A DNA stretch of 25,206 bases from a virus. Its lineage: Duplodnaviria > Caudoviricetes. Numbering within the stretch: position 1 is the first letter of the stretch; each line of letters begins with the position of its first letter. Made by a program: the position numbers and the translations under genes. The stretch covers positions 1 to 25,206 of IMG/VR virus record IMGVR_UViG_3300037483_000030; one strand, 5' to 3'. The notes under the pieces were generated by a model. That model was given only the letters and a program-made list of their open reading frames with translations, was not told the DNA's origin and did not search any database. Positions 24,440 to 25,206 of the stretch are shown here, in pieces.

Positions 24440-25206
24440 GTCCGTACCTCCGGTTTAAAAATTGATAGATCGTCGATTGCATACGTCCAAGCATTTGCTT
24501 GGAGTGCCGTAGTCATTTCAGGTGGCACCGGCAGCGCAAACTCTCGGCCAGTTCCACACAAAACACGTAGAAATTTCTCACGCCCACTATCGGGTAGCGT
24601 GACCTCGATAAGTTCACCAACCATAGGGTCATCGTCCTTATCAACAGTCACAGCATCAAGCCTGGACAGGATGTTGGCCCACCCCAGAATCTCACATGCA
24701 GCGCGGCGCTGTTCAACATTTTCCCATTGTAGCGCGATCTCCGGCGTCAGAGAAGCCTTGTCCTCGATCCATTCTCCGGGGATGCGAACCCCGCGCCATG
24801 AAAATAGCGAATAGCCGTCGCGGTACAGAATTGCCGGACCGTCCTCACAGTGCAGAGTAGCACCATCATCGATTTTGATAATTTCGGGCCTATCCGTGAT
24901 GATGCAAAACTTCTCAAACGGGTAAACAAGCCCGCAAGATTTAACGATCTCGCAGTGATCGAAAAGGGCGGCTTCCGACTTGTCATCGTAAGTCACACCG
25001 AGGCGTCTGCCGGTTTCGTAAAAACCCCAATATCCGGCGTCCCACGATCCATAATGCCACGTACCCGTAAAGCGTAATTGCTGGCCCCAAAGCTGGCCCC
25101 AAAGCTGGCCCCAAAGCTGTCCCCAAAGCTGGTCCCCAAGCTGGCCCCAAAGCTGGCCCCGAAGCTGGCCCCGAAGCTGGCCCCCAAGCTGGCCCCAAAG
25201 CTGGCC
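24436..25206 (-). CDS. DUF6745-like protein with GQL(W/R/G) repeats, 5' truncated by the window
   Basis: The frame of the 186-aa ORF stays open to base 25206 (GQLW...QQLRFTGTWHYGSWDAGYWGFY). C-terminal LHCEDGPAI.Y.DG..L..WRGV.IP, NVEQRR, LPVPP...A..A.AWTY. Confidence 0.8.
   Translation of the reverse strand, partial: GQLWGQLGGQLRGQLRGQLWGQLGDQLWGQLWGQLWGQLWGQQLRFTGTWHYGSWDAGYWGFYETGRRLGVTYDDKSEAALFDHCEIVKSCGLVYPFEKFCIITDRPEIIKIDDGATLHCEDGPAILYRDGYSLFSWRGVRIPGEWIEDKASLTPEIALQWENVEQRRAACEILGWANILSRLDAVTVDKDDDPMVGELIEVTLPDSGREKFLRVLCGTGREFALPVPPEMTTALQANAWTYAIDDLSIFKPEVRT
25081..25206. repeat. 12-bp tandem repeat CTGGCCCCAAAG, 10.5 copies, running off the window end
   Basis: Five exact full units, five variant units and a half unit; encodes tetrapeptide repeats on the minus strand. 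Confidence 0.97.

Noticed and set aside
24071-24814. 247-aa plus-strand ORF and other long antisense ORFs (2457..3269, 15601..16326)
   Set aside because: They shadow well-supported genes on the opposite strand and have no motifs or SD.
24983-25198. ORFs with GPAL and GASF repeats
   Set aside because: These are alternative frames of the repeat; the GQLW frame is continuous with the DUF6745-like domain.
25081-25206. CRISPR array or DGR variable repeat
   Set aside because: The units are contiguous 12-mers with no spacers; no reverse transcriptase or template repeat is visible in the window.

Overview
A 25-kb fragment of a tailed dsDNA phage (podovirus-type) of a Gram-negative host; an alphaproteobacterial host is a weak inference. 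From left to right it carries the end of a tail tubular protein B gene, four ejection/internal virion genes (one with an SLT-like domain), a lysis cassette (membrane protein, M15 peptidase endolysin, holin-like, lipoprotein) and a convergent class 3 lipase. Next is a rightward accessory operon led by a truncated, motif-dead terminase large subunit (TerL) ATPase paralog, followed by a small DNA methyltransferase and small ORFs. After that come a complete tRNA-Pro(UGG), a leftward RecT/YqaJ module, overlapping divergent promoters, and a rightward replication operon (Cro-like, cupin-like, intein-containing SF2 helicase, Fic, VRR-NUC, primase-VirE helicase). The window ends with a leftward DUF6745-like gene pair with a 12-bp coding tandem repeat. 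No integrase, CI repressor, capsid, portal or intact terminase is visible. The strongest candidate for a new system is the pseudo-TerL (possible decoy or packaging inhibitor). All family assignments come from recognising motifs by eye; no database search was run.
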